Assembly: GCA_013265495.1 (NCBI GenBank)
Contig: MU062665.1
Coordinates: 1,283,541-1,347,540 of the forward strand
Direction of reading: 5' to 3'
DNA from: Vicugna vicugna
Taxonomy: Eukaryota
Length of the DNA: 64,000 nt
Below the pieces are notes generated by a model that searched no databases, had not been told where the DNA came from, and saw only the letters and a program-made list of their open reading frames with translations. Positions 61,894 to 64,000 of this stretch are shown piece after piece (the first letter of the stretch is position 1; every line of letters begins with the position of its first letter). A program made the position numbers and the translations under genes.

Positions 61894-63479
61894 AAGAGCG
61901 AATGAACTAGATGTTTAAATTTGGAAATCAAATAAGTGGAAGTTATGGGGAAGAAATCATATGGAAACCAAGAGAAAATTTGTCCCAAGGGCATACCATA
62001 CAGGAATGTAGCATTGTTAGAGATGGGCTGCAAATTTCACTCTGAACTTCTTAGTAGTCAAAGCAAAGAAGAACAGTCAGTTACAAAATGTATAGTGCCT
62101 ATAGGATTTAAAAAGAAAATTTGCTCAGATGAAGCACAACTATCCCAGTGTTTTACCCAAATAATACTTTGATTCTTTCATCATATAATACCTGTTTTAC
62201 ATTTAAGGGAAATTTAAGGATGACATCTTGGGAAACAAACATCTAGGGAAATTATGGACTGCAAATCCCCAGGCAGCTCTATGTGAACATTGTTTTTCAG
62301 AACTAAGTTCTTAATAAGAATCTGTGCACGGAGTGGTCCAAGTGATTTCCTCTGGCAAGAATTCGGAGTACAGATATTCCATGCTGTCAGTTACAAATGG
62401 CCCTTTTGCTTTGACAGTCAAAAGAATGGCTGGTCATCTAAGAGAAGAAAAAGCTCCTAATCAATCTTTGTGCCAAACACCCTCCACAGGGAGGACCCAA
62501 AGGCAGGCCAAATATTGTCTTAGGAAACAGTCATGACTCCAGTCTATTTAAATCCAGTCATACAATCTGAATCAACTCCGTGAAAAACAATTTGAAAATC
62601 AAAGTCAGTGTGAACTGCAGTAATGGGATTCTTCCCAAGAACTTCTAGGTGCTTCTAGAAGTGGTGAGGAGCACACTGCTATCATTACTGACAGTAACAG
62701 CTATAGATTATCTTCATCAATGACTCCATTCTCTGTACGTTAATGTGCCAATAATTCCAGCTGCTTGATTTTCTCCACTGAAACTTAAGATTGATTTAAA
62801 TCATTAGATCATAAAAAAAAAATCATACAGTGCACAGCCCTTTCTCTCTGGCAAGGCATGTTTCAGACTAAATATAAATGTAATTTCTGTGGCAAGAGGG
62901 AGAAGAAATGAGGTTTGTGTCCTAGCATAGTCCTTCTAACCAAGTGAAGACTTCCCTTTGTAATGTCAGAAAAACATTAACTAAATGAGGGACCAGAGAT
63001 CCTCAGAGTCCACGTCACCAGGCCAAGTGGGAGAGAGTCCAAAGAAGGATGAGGAAGACGTAACTTTTGTTTCTTTTTCTGTTACTAATCTCCTTGAAAT
63101 CTCTCAAATATTTCCTACCCTAACTTACCAGGTTTTGTAGAATCGAGAAAGATAAAGCATCGTATAACACATCAGGTAAGCGAGCTAAAATCAATTTTAC
63201 ATTTCAGTCTGGGTTTCATTATATTTTTGGCAGCAGGTTTATCTTCCTAATTATAGTTTACTTAGGTTGAAATTAATTTTAATTGATATTTCCTGTGAAC
63301 ACACTGAATAGGAAGCAGGAAAATCTTCCTGAGATTACAGATAGACCTTGAATAATCCAAAATTCACACTCATTAGGGATGAGCTCATCTGTGCCCATGA
63401 CATCATCTGTCTCTGATGCTCTGAGGACTTCTAGTCCCCATCTCTGCTCCAACCCCTCTCCTGATCTATGCAGTGCATC

Positions 63480-63720
63480 CAACTGACTCTTGGGCAACTT
63501 CATCTATATGTGATATGTGCAACATGAGTTCATCATCTTTCCTACAGTCTGTCACCTCTGCTCCATCCTCCCCATAATCCCAACCTCAGTGATTGGAACT
63601 ACCTCCCACCCAACTGCCCAACCCAAAATCTGGAAGCTACTCCAGACTCCTGATTCTCATCACCATCCTTCTTGGGACTAAACTCCAAATTCCTTGGCAT
63701 GGCTTTGGAGGGCCTTCACA
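63480..63720 (+). mobile_element. L2 fragment
   Basis: gagttcatcatctttcc...ccacccaactgcccaacccaaaatctgga...aaactcc. Confidence 0.6.
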
Positions 63721-64000
63721 GTATAGCCTAGTGTTTCTCAATGAAAGCCCTATACTGGCAATTGGTACACAACACTTCTGTTCTTCGCACACAATGACTT
63801 ATTCCTAGTCCCACCTACTAAATGCCAATAACAACCCCTAGTCACCAAGACAGCCAAAAAAAAATTCCTTCGTATTTCCTAAGGCTCCTTGTCGGGTAAC
63901 ACTGACCCGAGCTGAGAATCACAGTACAGCCCTCCCTAGTTTTCCAGCTCATCTCCCACCACGCTCCTCCACAGACTGGGCATTTCTGCTGTACTGAACA

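Noticed and set aside
1-64000. tRNA, rRNA, snRNA genes, CRISPR arrays, processed pseudogenes (e.g. DPPA3-like as in the human interval), SFTA3/NKX2-1 exons
   Set aside because: None recognised; tRNA-like A/B boxes belong to SINEs, and the DNA is eukaryotic.

Overview
Mammalian non-coding, repeat-rich genomic DNA, most likely camelid (inferred from a lineage-type tRNA-derived SINE and L1 3' tails). The only recognisable protein-coding feature is coding exon 1 of MBIP (minus strand, 2750->2622) in a CpG island. The rest of the window lies upstream of MBIP; by human 14q13.3 synteny this should be the gene-poor interval toward SFTA3/NKX2-1 (recalled, not visible here). It contains a 5'-truncated, decayed class I ERV (pol-env-PPT-3'LTR, about 6.7-10.95 kb), the 5' half of an ancient ERVL/LTR16-type provirus (41.6-45.2 kb), many MaLR/LTR16/L1/L2/MIR/MER relics, several young L1 tails and seven N-runs. 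The best leads are: (i) a chain of well-formed plus-strand splice sites suggesting a divergent transcript from the MBIP promoter, three exons of which could join into an 88-codon ORF; (ii) a CTCF site flanked by a 14-bp direct repeat at 40.3 kb; (iii) TE-poor, enhancer-like blocks, one holding a possible ancient palindromic-repeat relic; (iv) the ERV env relic. I cannot support a new biological system with confidence. Repeat family names come from recalled consensus sequences, not a RepeatMasker run, and their boundaries are approximate.
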